Virus record (IMG/VR): IMGVR_UViG_3300032254_000254 | Span: 1 to 34,184 of that record | Direction: 5' to 3' (one strand) | DNA length: 34,184 nt | Source: a virus | Lineage: Duplodnaviria; Caudoviricetes | Part shown: positions 7,837 through 15,933 of the stretch, in pieces | How the letters are laid out: each line of letters opens with the position of its first letter | Numbering within the stretch: the stretch's first letter is position 1 | The notes under the pieces: model-generated | What the model was told of the DNA's origin: nothing | Databases searched by the model: none | What the model saw: only the letters and a program-made list of their open reading frames with translations | Program-made: the position numbers and the translations under genes

Positions 7837-8388
7837 TTACGCTGCTAGGAAATCGTCCTCGTCGTCTTCTTCGACGCTGTCAAAACCTTCCATGGCTTCG
7901 TCAACAGGGACGTAAGACGTGTCGAGCGGTTCGCCGTCTCGGGCAAACTGGATCGAGACGAGTTCACAGTTCACGCGTTTGCCATACTGGTTGTCCTGAC
8001 CCCAAAGGCGGACTTTGGCATTCACAAAACAACCCGCGTAAATCGCGTTGTCTTCTTCGCTCGTGACGACCGAACTGCCGTCCGTGTCGACGACGATCGG
8101 AGCCTTGCGGCTGTTCGTTGACAGGACTTCGTAACCGTCATATTCGGGACGGCCTTTGTCTTCACCGTTGCGCAGGCAAAGCTTGTCGCTTGGCAGTTTG
8201 CGGCCTTTGAACCGGTCTTTCTGAACGGCGGCGATCGCCTGTTTGATCGACTTGATCATTCGGTCGTGTTTTTCAGGCTCGAGCATAAGCACCGCGCCGC
8301 ATTTGCCGGTTTCCCCGTTAATCACTGGTGGCGTGAACAGGTGTGGGAATGACACCCGAACGCCTTTGAGCATGATGAAATCAGTCAT
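7837..8388 (-). CDS. Single-stranded DNA-binding protein (DUF2815)
   Basis: VRVSFPHLF, CLRNGEDK, IYAGCFVNA, NQYGKRVNCEL, IQFARDGEPL and an acidic tail EEDDEDDFLAA; start ATG 8388. Confidence 0.9.
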   Translation of the reverse strand: MTDFIMLKGVRVSFPHLFTPPVINGETGKCGAVLMLEPEKHDRMIKSIKQAIAAVQKDRFKGRKLPSDKLCLRNGEDKGRPEYDGYEVLSTNSRKAPIVVDTDGSSVVTSEEDNAIYAGCFVNAKVRLWGQDNQYGKRVNCELVSIQFARDGEPLDTSYVPVDEAMEGFDSVEEDDEDDFLAA

Positions 8389-9517
8389 CGGTTTGGTTTC
8401 CTTCTTCGGTTTCCAGGTTTTCAAAACCGGCGGTCGGGTCGAATGTGAGAGCCGGTCGTTTATCCGCTGCGGGCGCGAGCGACGGTTTGCCTTCTGGCTT
8501 GATCGCGTGGTCCCGTAGGATCGGATGGTCTTTGCCCAAAAGCTTTTCAGTTTGTGCCGGGCTAATCAGTTTTTTGCTGAACATTTCAGCGACTTTGAGT
8601 TTTGCGCTCTTGAACCGCTTCTCGACGGCCTCAAGGTCGTCCCACTTGCGCAGGGCGCGGCCTTGAACGAGTTTGTATCCGGGTATGTCGCGACCGTTTT
8701 CGATCTCACTGTAAGCGTGCGCCTCGACAGCTTTGACAAAACTGGTCAAAAGTTTGAGTTGCGGCAGGATTTCGGCGATTTCGTTGTTTGACAACTTCTT
8801 CGGGTCGCGGACTTCGTCGAAACCTTCAAGGGCAACCGAGAACGTTAATTCCTGTAATGCGCGGCAAGTTGCTTGCGCTTTACACCACTGGCACTGTTTT
8901 TCGCCGGGTACGAACTCCGGGTCGTCGGTCGCGGTGTATTCAGCGCGTTCGCGGACATATTCAGCCCATTCGAGAAGGTCGATCTTGTTAGTTTCCCACT
9001 CGCTGACATGATCAAGCCGGGGCTGGTGAACAACAAGGCGCACACGGTCGATCTCAAACAGGAAATCGAACTCGTTAAGAGCGCCGAGCGCATACAACAT
9101 GAGTTGCGGATTTTCTTCGGCATCGACACGGTTGCCTTTGCCGTATTTGAGGTCGATCACAGTGAGGCAACCGTCATGGATTGTGATCGCGTCGCTGGTG
9201 CCGAAACCGCCTTCAACCCAATCGCTATAATCGACCTTACGTTCGATATAGAGGCGGCCGGGCTGCGCCTGGACATAGGCGACATAGTCGTCGACGTAAC
9301 CGGGCATATCGGGGTATTTGCCGTCAATCTCGTCAGCCATTACGCTGATCGCTTCCATGTCGCCACGGAGGATCGCTTCGGCCGCCGCGTGGGCTGTCGT
9401 GCCTTCTTCGGCGTAAACGGAAGTTGTGTCGGGGAGGCCCGCTTCCATTGAAGGGGCTGCGCTACACACGAGCCAGCGGTGCGCGCTTGAGGGTGATAGT
9501 TTTGCATGAACGCTCAT
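8381..9517 (-). CDS. DUF2800 Cas4-like exonuclease
   Basis: HAKLSPSSAHRWLVC, AEEGTTAH, FGTSD, IDLKYGKG, NPQLMLYALGA, CQWCKAQATC; start ATG 9517 (ATGA overlap). Confidence 0.9.
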   Translation of the reverse strand: MSVHAKLSPSSAHRWLVCSAAPSMEAGLPDTTSVYAEEGTTAHAAAEAILRGDMEAISVMADEIDGKYPDMPGYVDDYVAYVQAQPGRLYIERKVDYSDWVEGGFGTSDAITIHDGCLTVIDLKYGKGNRVDAEENPQLMLYALGALNEFDFLFEIDRVRLVVHQPRLDHVSEWETNKIDLLEWAEYVRERAEYTATDDPEFVPGEKQCQWCKAQATCRALQELTFSVALEGFDEVRDPKKLSNNEIAEILPQLKLLTSFVKAVEAHAYSEIENGRDIPGYKLVQGRALRKWDDLEAVEKRFKSAKLKVAEMFSKKLISPAQTEKLLGKDHPILRDHAIKPEGKPSLAPAADKRPALTFDPTAGFENLETEEGNQTDD

Positions 9518-10092
9518 GATGCAATCTCCATAGGGCCGTCGTTCGGGCAAAGGGGTGCGCCTACTTCGTCTAGCCATTTACGGGTTACGCGGACGTTGTA
9601 TCCGCACTCGGGACACTCGGCTTTAATGAGCCGGGTCGATTGTTTCTTTAGCTGCGTGCCAGGTGTCAGTGCCGCGTGTGGGTAATCTCCGATCTCTTTA
9701 AGGATAGGTTCAACTGCCGAGATGAAATCCGGGCCTTCCGTGGTTGCCGTCATCTTCCCGACAAGGCCGATTTTGACGGCTAGGTCGCGAAACGGTTTTT
9801 TATGCCCTGCTTTAATGCCGACGATCGCGTGGATCATTTCGTGGGCAAGCACTCCGGCGACTTTCATCGGATCGTCCAGGTTTGGAGAGATCAAAATCTC
9901 ATGCGTTTTGTCTGCCGAACAATCTGCGTCCCAACACTGCCCGATTACTCGCTTCGCCCGAGCGGTCCCCCCGCGTGAAGGCCAGCCGCAAGCAACCCGG
10001 TACGCAGGCATGGCACCGTCAAAGGCGAGAGTGTTTAAACGCTCTGCTAGAGCCTTTAACCATTCTTCGCGATTTTGTGCCTTGCCCGCCAT
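9514..10092 (-). CDS. SprT-like zinc metalloprotease
   Basis: IGQCW, EILISP, LAHEMIH (HExxH), GHKKPF, C-terminal CPEC...PLCP. Confidence 0.82.
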   Translation of the reverse strand: MAGKAQNREEWLKALAERLNTLAFDGAMPAYRVACGWPSRGGTARAKRVIGQCWDADCSADKTHEILISPNLDDPMKVAGVLAHEMIHAIVGIKAGHKKPFRDLAVKIGLVGKMTATTEGPDFISAVEPILKEIGDYPHAALTPGTQLKKQSTRLIKAECPECGYNVRVTRKWLDEVGAPLCPNDGPMEIAS

Positions 10093-10097
10093 GAGGA

Positions 10098-10790
10098 TTA
10101 CTCCGCCGCCTGAGGCTGTTCGTCAGCCGCAGGTTCTTCAGTAACATCGTGAAGCGCTGCAACGGCCGCGACGACGAGGGCTTCGTAAGAACTATTCTCG
10201 CCGTACTTTTCACAGATCGCCGTTTGCGCCTGTTCGAGCGTGCCGGTGAAACAGCCGAGCGAGATTTCAGGCTCGCCGTCTTTCCAGCCTGCAAAACCGA
10301 TGCGTCGTTCCACACCAACGGGGCCGAACGAGATAATCGATTTTGCGCCCCACAGGTTTGCGTCCGTCAGGTTTGCGCCCCACAGGTTTGCGCCCCTCAG
10401 GTTTGCGCCCCACAGGTTTGCGTCCGTCAGGTTTGCGCCCCACAGGTTTGCGCCCCTCAGGTTTGCGCCCCTCAGGTTTGCGCCCCACAGGTTTGCGTCC
10501 GTCAGGTTTGCGTCCGTCAGGTTTGCGTCCGTCAGGTTTGCGTCCCACAGGTTTGCGCCCCTCAGGTTTGCGCCCCTCAGGTTTGCGTCCGTCAGGTTTG
10601 CGTCCGTCAGGTTTGCGTCCGTCAGGTTTGCGCCCCACAGGTTTGCGCCCCTCAGGTTTGCGTCCCTCAGGTTTGCGCCCCTCAGGTTTGCGCCCCACAG
10701 GTTTGCGCGTTCACCGCCCGAATTCTCGAGCCAAAGTTTGTGCGCCTCTAAAATTTCCGCGAGACGGCCTTTCGTAATGGGATCAGACAT
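10098..10790 (-). CDS. Pentapeptide-repeat protein
   Basis: ILEAHKLWL...GERANL N-cap, 24 ANLxx repeats, C-terminal ISLGCFTGTLE domain; start ATG 10790. Confidence 0.9.
   Translation of the reverse strand: MSDPITKGRLAEILEAHKLWLENSGGERANLWGANLRGANLRDANLRGANLWGANLTDANLTDANLTDANLRGANLRGANLWDANLTDANLTDANLTDANLWGANLRGANLRGANLWGANLTDANLWGANLRGANLWGANLTDANLWGAKSIISFGPVGVERRIGFAGWKDGEPEISLGCFTGTLEQAQTAICEKYGENSSYEALVVAAVAALHDVTEEPAADEQPQAAE
10347..10706 (-). repeat. 24 tandem 15-bp units GCAAACCTG(TGG/AGG/ACG)(GGC/GAC)
   Basis: Counted directly: 360 bp with only three variable positions per unit. Confidence 0.97.
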
Positions 10791-10827
10791 TGATTTTCCT
10801 CTCAAGCTATCTAGGGGTTAAAGGGGT

Positions 10828-11199
10828 CTAAGCGGCGATGCGCTGTTCGGCTGCGTGGACGACAACCGGGTATTTATCCACGGGAAGATCGCCGATCTTC
10901 TTCGCGCTGTAGGCGTCGAGGATTTCTTTCGCGGCGTCGCGCCCTTTGGCGTCAGATAGGCGGATCAGGGCGTCGCGTACCGTCTCGAGGCTCGGGCCTT
11001 CGTCAACGGTTTCCGCTTCGGGTTCCTCGGCGGGCTTTTCGGTTTTAGAGGCCGCTTTCTTCGCCTTCGGCTTTTTCTCAGCCGCCGATTTGATAGGTGT
11101 TACTGACGTGTCGCCCGTGATCTCAATCCGGGAGCCGAGAACAGCTTCGGTGTTTGCATTCAAGGCGGCGATTAGTTCGTCGATTTTTTTCTCAATCAT
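10828..11199 (-). CDS. Conserved phage protein of the DUF2800/DUF2815/polA module
   Basis: MIEKKIDELIAAL..., a K/A/E/P-rich linker, then SLETVRDAL...AAKEILDAYSAKKIGDLPVDKY; start ATG 11199. Confidence 0.75.
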   Translation of the reverse strand: MIEKKIDELIAALNANTEAVLGSRIEITGDTSVTPIKSAAEKKPKAKKAASKTEKPAEEPEAETVDEGPSLETVRDALIRLSDAKGRDAAKEILDAYSAKKIGDLPVDKYPVVVHAAEQRIAA

Positions 11200-11461
11200 C
11201 TTCCTGGGTATCCTTCTCAAGTTGTTCGATTTTCTTTTTGAGGGTGTCGAGTTCGTCTTCGAGGTCCGACGCATATTCGGACACTTGTTCGACCTCTTTT
11301 TTTGCTTCGGAAACATCGTCAGCGCGATGTGCGAAACGCTCGATCATTACGGCGCAAATCTCTTGCGCTTCTTCGGGTGCCGAAGTCCGGGCGTAGCTGA
11401 TCAATTCGTCGTCAGTCATGCCGCGAAAGAAAGACCACTGTTTGAGGTTCAAGGCTGTCAT
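11192..11461 (-). CDS. Hypothetical coiled-coil early protein
   Basis: ATG 11461, 89 aa, acidic heptad C-terminus; overlaps neighbours on both sides. Confidence 0.65.
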   Translation of the reverse strand: MTALNLKQWSFFRGMTDDELISYARTSAPEEAQEICAVMIERFAHRADDVSEAKKEVEQVSEYASDLEDELDTLKKKIEQLEKDTQEDD

Positions 11462-11592
11462 TGGTAGGCGCTCCAAATTATGAGGCCGGAACCGACAAGC
11501 GTTGCTGATAGTGTCCAGAAACAAGCGTCAAGAATGAACGCGTGTCGGTCTGCGGGGTGCTTGTGCTTCCACCAGTTACGAAGGGCGATCAA
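11458..11592 (-). CDS. Small single-pass membrane protein (44 aa; absent from ORF track)
   Basis: TTG start overlaps the upstream stop (TTGA) and its TGA overlaps the next ATG (ATGA); GAGGGAG upstream; MIALRNWWKHKHPADRHAFILDACFWTLSATLVGSGLIIWSAYQ. Confidence 0.7.
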   Translation of the reverse strand: MIALRNWWKHKHPADRHAFILDACFWTLSATLVGSGLIIWSAYQ

Positions 11593-11861
11593 TGCCTTGC
11601 TCCCTCGTTTGCTTCGTTGCGGAGGGTGCCGAGCGTTGACTTGACGTCGCTTTCAACATCACCGAGGCCGTTCAGGTCAGGATCGACCCAACGCTTGTCG
11701 GCTTCTGAGATTGGGAGCGTGTCGGTATATTTGCGCAAGGTGGCGCGGAGTACCGCGAATGCGGCAGTGATTTCAATGTCGGCTTGCTCGAGTTCACGAA
11801 GCGCGACGACGGCGTTCTGACGCTCATGTAAAGCGATAGTTCTGGCGTCTTCTTGCAACAT
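11589..11861 (-). CDS. Hypothetical early protein (first clear gene of the PL operon)
   Basis: 90 aa ORF with GGAG 8 nt upstream of the ATG. Confidence 0.65.
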   Translation of the reverse strand: MLQEDARTIALHERQNAVVALRELEQADIEITAAFAVLRATLRKYTDTLPISEADKRWVDPDLNGLGDVESDVKSTLGTLRNEANEGARH

Positions 11862-11997
11862 GTTTCGGGCTCCGGGTTCTGTTCTTTGCTTCGTTGCTTT
11901 GCACCTTTTCCCGTCCCTTGGTGGCTGTATGCGCCTGTTTAGGTTTGTGACGGGTGCGACAGGTCTGCGCTTATCGGCTCACTGTTGCGGTGTTATT

Positions 11998-12034
11998 TGT
12001 GTTATACACAGATTTATAAATTGTGTCAAACACA
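11998..12034. promoter_or_regulatory. OL operators: two TGTGT-N3-ACACA palindromes
   Basis: TGTGTtatACACA 11998-12010 and TGTGTcaaACACA 12022-12034, overlapping the -10 and -35 of PL. Confidence 0.82.
12001..12029 (-). promoter_or_regulatory. PL-like sigma70 promoter
   Basis: Minus strand TTGACA (12029-12024), 17 bp spacer, TATAAC (12006-12001). Confidence 0.85.
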
Positions 12035-12073
12035 GATTTGTGTGCGAAGAATTTGTGTGAGGGATATTCACGC

Positions 12074-12107
12074 AAAAGAAAAGCGGCAGACCCGGAGAGC
12101 CGCCGCT
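12074..12107 (-). terminator. Intrinsic terminator after cI
   Basis: Minus strand AGCGGCGG-ctctccgggt-CTGCCGCT followed by TTTCTTTT. Confidence 0.7.
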
Positions 12108-12143
12108 GATAGAGATTATGATTTATTAGGTAGGGATGTTTGT

Positions 12144-12863
12144 TTAGAGATCGATCTCTACTTTTCGAACGACACCAACGATCGTGCAATTTCCGTTGAT
12201 TTCGATGGCTTTATATGCGGGGTTCAACGGTTTCAGGTACCGTACAGGACCATCTACTACTAACTTTTTTAATGTCGCCTGGTTGGTTTCGTCTAGTAAA
12301 GCCACGACTATGCTTCCGTTATCTGCATGGCGATCAGGGTCCACTATCACTACTGAACCTTCCGGGATGCTTGGCGACCCGTAAGGGTTGACCATCGAGT
12401 CCCCCTCTACCCTAAGAGCAAAGGCTTTGGCGCTGACGATAGCTGTTGTGTCCCGCCATTCTACGACTTCGTTACTGTTTTCTGTAACCTGACCGATGTC
12501 CGTCCATTCGCCCGCCTTTACCCACGATATTAAGGGTACCCGCGCGTGAACAGAAGGCCCTATCTTTAAAAAATCGGGAACGAAACTTTTATCCTCACTA
12601 TGGAGAAGTTGATCTACTTCATTTAAAGCGACGTCGTGTTCGCGGTCCGCGACGGCGTAGAGTAACGCCATCGGTACTTCTAGTATCACGGCTATTTGTC
12701 GTAACTTTTCCTCGGCTATGCCCTGTTCGCCTCTCTCAAAACGAGAAAGTCCGCCCGTATCATAACCGTCTATTTGATCGGCGACCTGCCCGAGTGTCAT
12801 TTTTCGAAGTTTCCGAAAATGACGAACAGCCTCACCTATTGAACTTATCTTTAAATCTTTCAT
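12144..12863 (-). CDS. cI: CI-like repressor (XRE HTH + S24 autopeptidase)
   Basis: HTH MTLGQVAD...GLSRFERGEQ; VPLISWVKAG (Ala-Gly cleavage site), GDSM (Ser), TLKKL (Lys); start ATG 12863. Confidence 0.95.
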   Translation of the reverse strand: MKDLKISSIGEAVRHFRKLRKMTLGQVADQIDGYDTGGLSRFERGEQGIAEEKLRQIAVILEVPMALLYAVADREHDVALNEVDQLLHSEDKSFVPDFLKIGPSVHARVPLISWVKAGEWTDIGQVTENSNEVVEWRDTTAIVSAKAFALRVEGDSMVNPYGSPSIPEGSVVIVDPDRHADNGSIVVALLDETNQATLKKLVVDGPVRYLKPLNPAYKAIEINGNCTIVGVVRKVEIDL

Positions 12864-12870
12864 AGAGCGT

Positions 12871-12899
12871 AATATACGCAAAAATTGCGACTGACACAA
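12871..12899 (-). promoter_or_regulatory. PRM-like promoter, probably leaderless cI mRNA
   Basis: TTGTGT, 17 bp, TATATT, 7 bp, then ATG; no Shine-Dalgarno. Confidence 0.55.
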
Positions 12900-12944
12900 A
12901 GTGTGTGACACAGAATTCATTGACAAAATATTGTGTGACACACA
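12886..12944. promoter_or_regulatory. OR operators
   Basis: TGTGTgacACACA 12932-12944 (perfect), aGTGTgtgACACA 12900-12912, TGcGactgACACA 12886-12898. Confidence 0.78.
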
Positions 12945-12948
12945 TAAT
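12920..12948 (+). promoter_or_regulatory. PR-like sigma70 promoter
   Basis: TTGACA 12920-12925, 17 bp spacer, CATAAT 12943-12948, upstream of cro. Confidence 0.85.
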
Positions 12949-12976
12949 GCTCCCGCCAAACTGAAAGGTTTTCACG

Positions 12977-13180
12977 ATGCTCAAACTAAATGAACTCCGC
13001 AAACAGCGAAAAATAACACTCGACCGCGTGGCCTCAGCCACGGGAATAGATGTTGGGAGCCTTTCTCGCATTGAAAGGGGCCAACAATTCCCGCGACCTT
13101 TAACCGCTGAAAAACTCGCAGCCTTTTACGGCGTAGCCGTTGGTGAACTGTACGACATGGTTCTGTCAACGGGCTCTTAG
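12977..13180 (+). CDS. cro: Cro-like HTH protein
   Basis: 67 aa XRE HTH (ITLDRVASATGIDVGSLSRIERGQQ), divergent from cI. Confidence 0.88.
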   Translation: MLKLNELRKQRKITLDRVASATGIDVGSLSRIERGQQFPRPLTAEKLAAFYGVAVGELYDMVLSTGS

Positions 13181-13221
13181 TTTTCACACTCACACCTTGC
13201 GCCGAGGGAGGCAACATTAAC

Positions 13222-13668
13222 ATGATGAAACACCAGATCGTTCCGCAAAAGCTTACGCACGTCAGGTTTCACGGTGCGTTTAGTCTTTTCGTTGGTCGGG
13301 GCCGCCGCTGGTCTTGCGCCGCCGTTGCCGAAGCTTCGGGCATTCCGAAACGTACAATCGAGAGCTATGCTTCGGGCGACAATCTGCCAAACCTTGCCAA
13401 ATACCAAAGCCTATGCTCGGTACTCGGTCAGGCGTTCTTTGCTGCAACGGTTGAACATTTGCCTTTTGAGATCAGATCGAACGAACCCGGAGACATTGAG
13501 CCTAGCGAACTGTTGACCGAGATATTGTCGTTTGCGTCGCACCTGTCCCGGATGCTCGAGGATCACCGCCTTGATCACCGCGAGGAAGCCGAACTCAAGC
13601 GGATACTGCCGGTTCTGCGCGAGCGTATTACCCAGGCGGAAAACGCCCTAAAAACCGGAGAGGCGTAA
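13222..13668 (+). CDS. CII-like phage regulatory protein
   Basis: HTH (AVAEASGIPKRTIESYASG) plus C-terminal LEDHRLDHREEAEL; located after cro. Confidence 0.6.
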   Translation: MMKHQIVPQKLTHVRFHGAFSLFVGRGRRWSCAAVAEASGIPKRTIESYASGDNLPNLAKYQSLCSVLGQAFFAATVEHLPFEIRSNEPGDIEPSELLTEILSFASHLSRMLEDHRLDHREEAELKRILPVLRERITQAENALKTGEA

Positions 13669-13669
13669 C

Positions 13670-15610
13670 GTGACAGGCTTTTTAAGCGAATACGGCGGTC
13701 GTTTACTGGATCGGGGGTATCAGATCATCCCGATAAGCCCCGGTGCCAAATACCCGAAGGGCCTGTCCGGTTGGGAAAATATCGAAGCGACACCGGCCGA
13801 TTTGAAACGCTGGCTATCGAACGGCTATGCGTCCGGCGGCGTCGGTGTCCTGACGAAACACACCCCCGCGATTGATCTCGATATTCGAGACAAGGACGTC
13901 GTCTCGCAATTGATTACGTGGTGCAAAGATCGGTTCGGTGACACCGTCGAGCGGGTAGGGAACGCCCCGAAGACGCTTCTTGTGTACCGGACCGACGAAC
14001 CCTTCCCGAAGATGGCGAGCCCCCTTTATGAAGACATGTTCGGGCAAGAGCACCGGATTGAAATCCTCGGCGATGGTCAACAGTTTGTCGCCTATGCAAC
14101 GCACCCGGACACTAAAAAGCCCTATGCCTGGGTATCTGAGACCGACCTCGCATCCGTTGACGCCGACGACCTACCGACGCTCTCGATTGAAGACGCACGC
14201 GAACTGATCGACTATTTTGTCTCAATCATCCCGGACGACTGGACCGAGAAAGAACGCGCCGCCGCATCGAAACCGATTGATACGAGCCTCACAACGGCCG
14301 AGCGGGCGTTGCTCAATGCAAAACCGAAAGCGGATATCGGGGTCAAAGAGGTTCGGACCTGTCTCAAGGAAATCGAAGCCGACGACTATAACCAGTGGGT
14401 TAAAGTCGGAATGGCCCTATTTCACCAGTTTGACGGTGACAGCGAAGGTTTCGAGGTTTGGGACGAATGGTCCGCTGATAGCGACAAGTACGATCCTGAC
14501 GCTTGCCGGAGCCGCTGGAACACGTTCCGCGCTAATTTGAGCCGTCACGAGCCTATCACCTTCGCGAGTGTGATCCGGTGGGCGAAAGACGCTTACAAGG
14601 AACGCAAAGCGACGGAAGCCCGCAAAGGTTTTCATTTCCTCCCGGCGACGAGTGTCCTTCGCAAACTAGGCCCGGTCAGTTGGCAAGTCGAGGGTTTGAT
14701 CGAAGCAAATACAACGGGCGTCTTTTTCGGCGATCCGGGTTCTTATAAATCATTCCTTGCGATCGATATCGCCCTTCACTGCGCCTCTGGTAAGCCGTGG
14801 CACGGTTCCCCGGTAAAACAAGGCCCCGTAGCCTATATCGCAGGGGAGGGGCACAACGGGCTCGCGAGACGGGTTCAGGCGTGGTTTCAACATCACGACC
14901 TTGATCCCGGCGAAACCCCTGCGGTTTTTAGTAGTTCGGCCGCGCACCTCACCGACGAGAAATCCGTTGAAACGGTTGTCGAAGCCCTTGAGGCACAGTT
15001 TGGAGATCAGCCGCCCGCGCTTATCGTGATTGACACCCTGGCGCGTAACTTCGGCCCGGCGGACGAGAACAGCACAACCGATATGGGCCGGTTCATTGAT
15101 AACGTGGACAGCCTTCTCCGCGCGAAATTCGGTTGTTGCGTCCTGATCGTACACCATACAGGCCATTCCAATAAGGACAGGGCTCGGGGAGCTTCACCGC
15201 TTCTCGGAGGCTCGGATTTTCAGTTCCGTATCGAGAAACCGAACGAAGGACTTGCGAAGGTCGTTTGTTGCAAGATGAAGGACGCCCCCGAACCCGCTGT
15301 AGCCTATTTTGAAGCCGAAGAAATTGCGATTGACTTGGACAACGACGAAACCGTTTCGAGCCTCATATTCAAGCGACCGGACCGTGAATTCGATCCCGTC
15401 GAAGAAGTGCCGCTCAAAGGCAAACAAAAGGCCCTTTTCGATCTAATCGCGCATGAAGAAGAAATCACCCGTGAAAAACTCCGCGAGGTAGCGATTGCGG
15501 AAGATATTTGCAAAGACGCGGCCGGTTTCCGCAGGCAATTGGGTACGCTCAAGGACAAAAACTTAATCGAGGAAGAAGACGATGTTATTCGCACAATTCC
15601 TATTTTTTAA
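13670..15610 (+). CDS. Primase-polymerase / PriCT-2 / AAA (RepA-like) helicase fusion
   Basis: GYQIIPI...PAIDLD, IEILGDGQQFVAYATHP; YNQWVKVGMAL...WDEWS; GDPGSYKS, LIVIDTL, IVHHTG. Confidence 0.92.
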   Translation: MTGFLSEYGGRLLDRGYQIIPISPGAKYPKGLSGWENIEATPADLKRWLSNGYASGGVGVLTKHTPAIDLDIRDKDVVSQLITWCKDRFGDTVERVGNAPKTLLVYRTDEPFPKMASPLYEDMFGQEHRIEILGDGQQFVAYATHPDTKKPYAWVSETDLASVDADDLPTLSIEDARELIDYFVSIIPDDWTEKERAAASKPIDTSLTTAERALLNAKPKADIGVKEVRTCLKEIEADDYNQWVKVGMALFHQFDGDSEGFEVWDEWSADSDKYDPDACRSRWNTFRANLSRHEPITFASVIRWAKDAYKERKATEARKGFHFLPATSVLRKLGPVSWQVEGLIEANTTGVFFGDPGSYKSFLAIDIALHCASGKPWHGSPVKQGPVAYIAGEGHNGLARRVQAWFQHHDLDPGETPAVFSSSAAHLTDEKSVETVVEALEAQFGDQPPALIVIDTLARNFGPADENSTTDMGRFIDNVDSLLRAKFGCCVLIVHHTGHSNKDRARGASPLLGGSDFQFRIEKPNEGLAKVVCCKMKDAPEPAVAYFEAEEIAIDLDNDETVSSLIFKRPDREFDPVEEVPLKGKQKALFDLIAHEEEITREKLREVAIAEDICKDAAGFRRQLGTLKDKNLIEEEDDVIRTIPIF

Positions 15611-15613
15611 CAT

Positions 15614-15806
15614 GGCGAACATAGGCGAACATTTTGCTTTTATCCGGCGAACATTTCAAAAATGTTCGCTTCGTAGAATGTTCGGCCTGAAACCCGCAGA
15701 AAACCGCGATAAACTGGCGAACATTTTCGAAATGTTCGCCGAACATTCGGCACAGGCGAGACGAACATTTTATCCCACACCCCTAAGGGGGTGGGAAAAT
15801 GTACGG
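15614..15806. repeat. Putative replication origin: CGAACAT iterons in both orientations
   Basis: CGAACAT at 15616, 15626, 15648, 15718, 15740, 15762; ATGTTCG at 15662, 15678, 15732; immediately after the primase-helicase gene. Confidence 0.7.
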
Positions 15807-15933
15807 TCGAGCGCCCTCGGTTTCCGCTGTTTGGGGGTAGGGAGGCCACCCTTGGCAGGAAAAGCGGCTTTGGTAGGTCGGTTCAAATTTCCCGATCTCG
15901 ATCAAAACCGGATTACAGAAAAAGGGGTACGGT

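Noticed and set aside
8381-9517. Cas4 as evidence of CRISPR adaptation
   Set aside because: It is the DUF2800 nuclease routinely found beside DUF2815 SSB and PolA in phage replication modules.
10347-10706. CRISPR array or DGR repeat
   Set aside because: Units are contiguous 15-mers without unique spacers and encode in-frame pentapeptides; no cas operon or reverse transcriptase in the window.
10149-10821. Alternative-frame repetitive ORFs (QVCAP, RFAP, GRKP, GLRP)
   Set aside because: By-products of a stop-free 15-bp repeat; only the ANLxx frame has recognisable flanking domains and operon context.
15614-15770. LexA/SOS boxes among the GAAC/GTTC repeats
   Set aside because: Spacings do not fit GTTC-N7-GTTC or CGAAC-N4-GTTCG; copy number and position fit origin iterons better.
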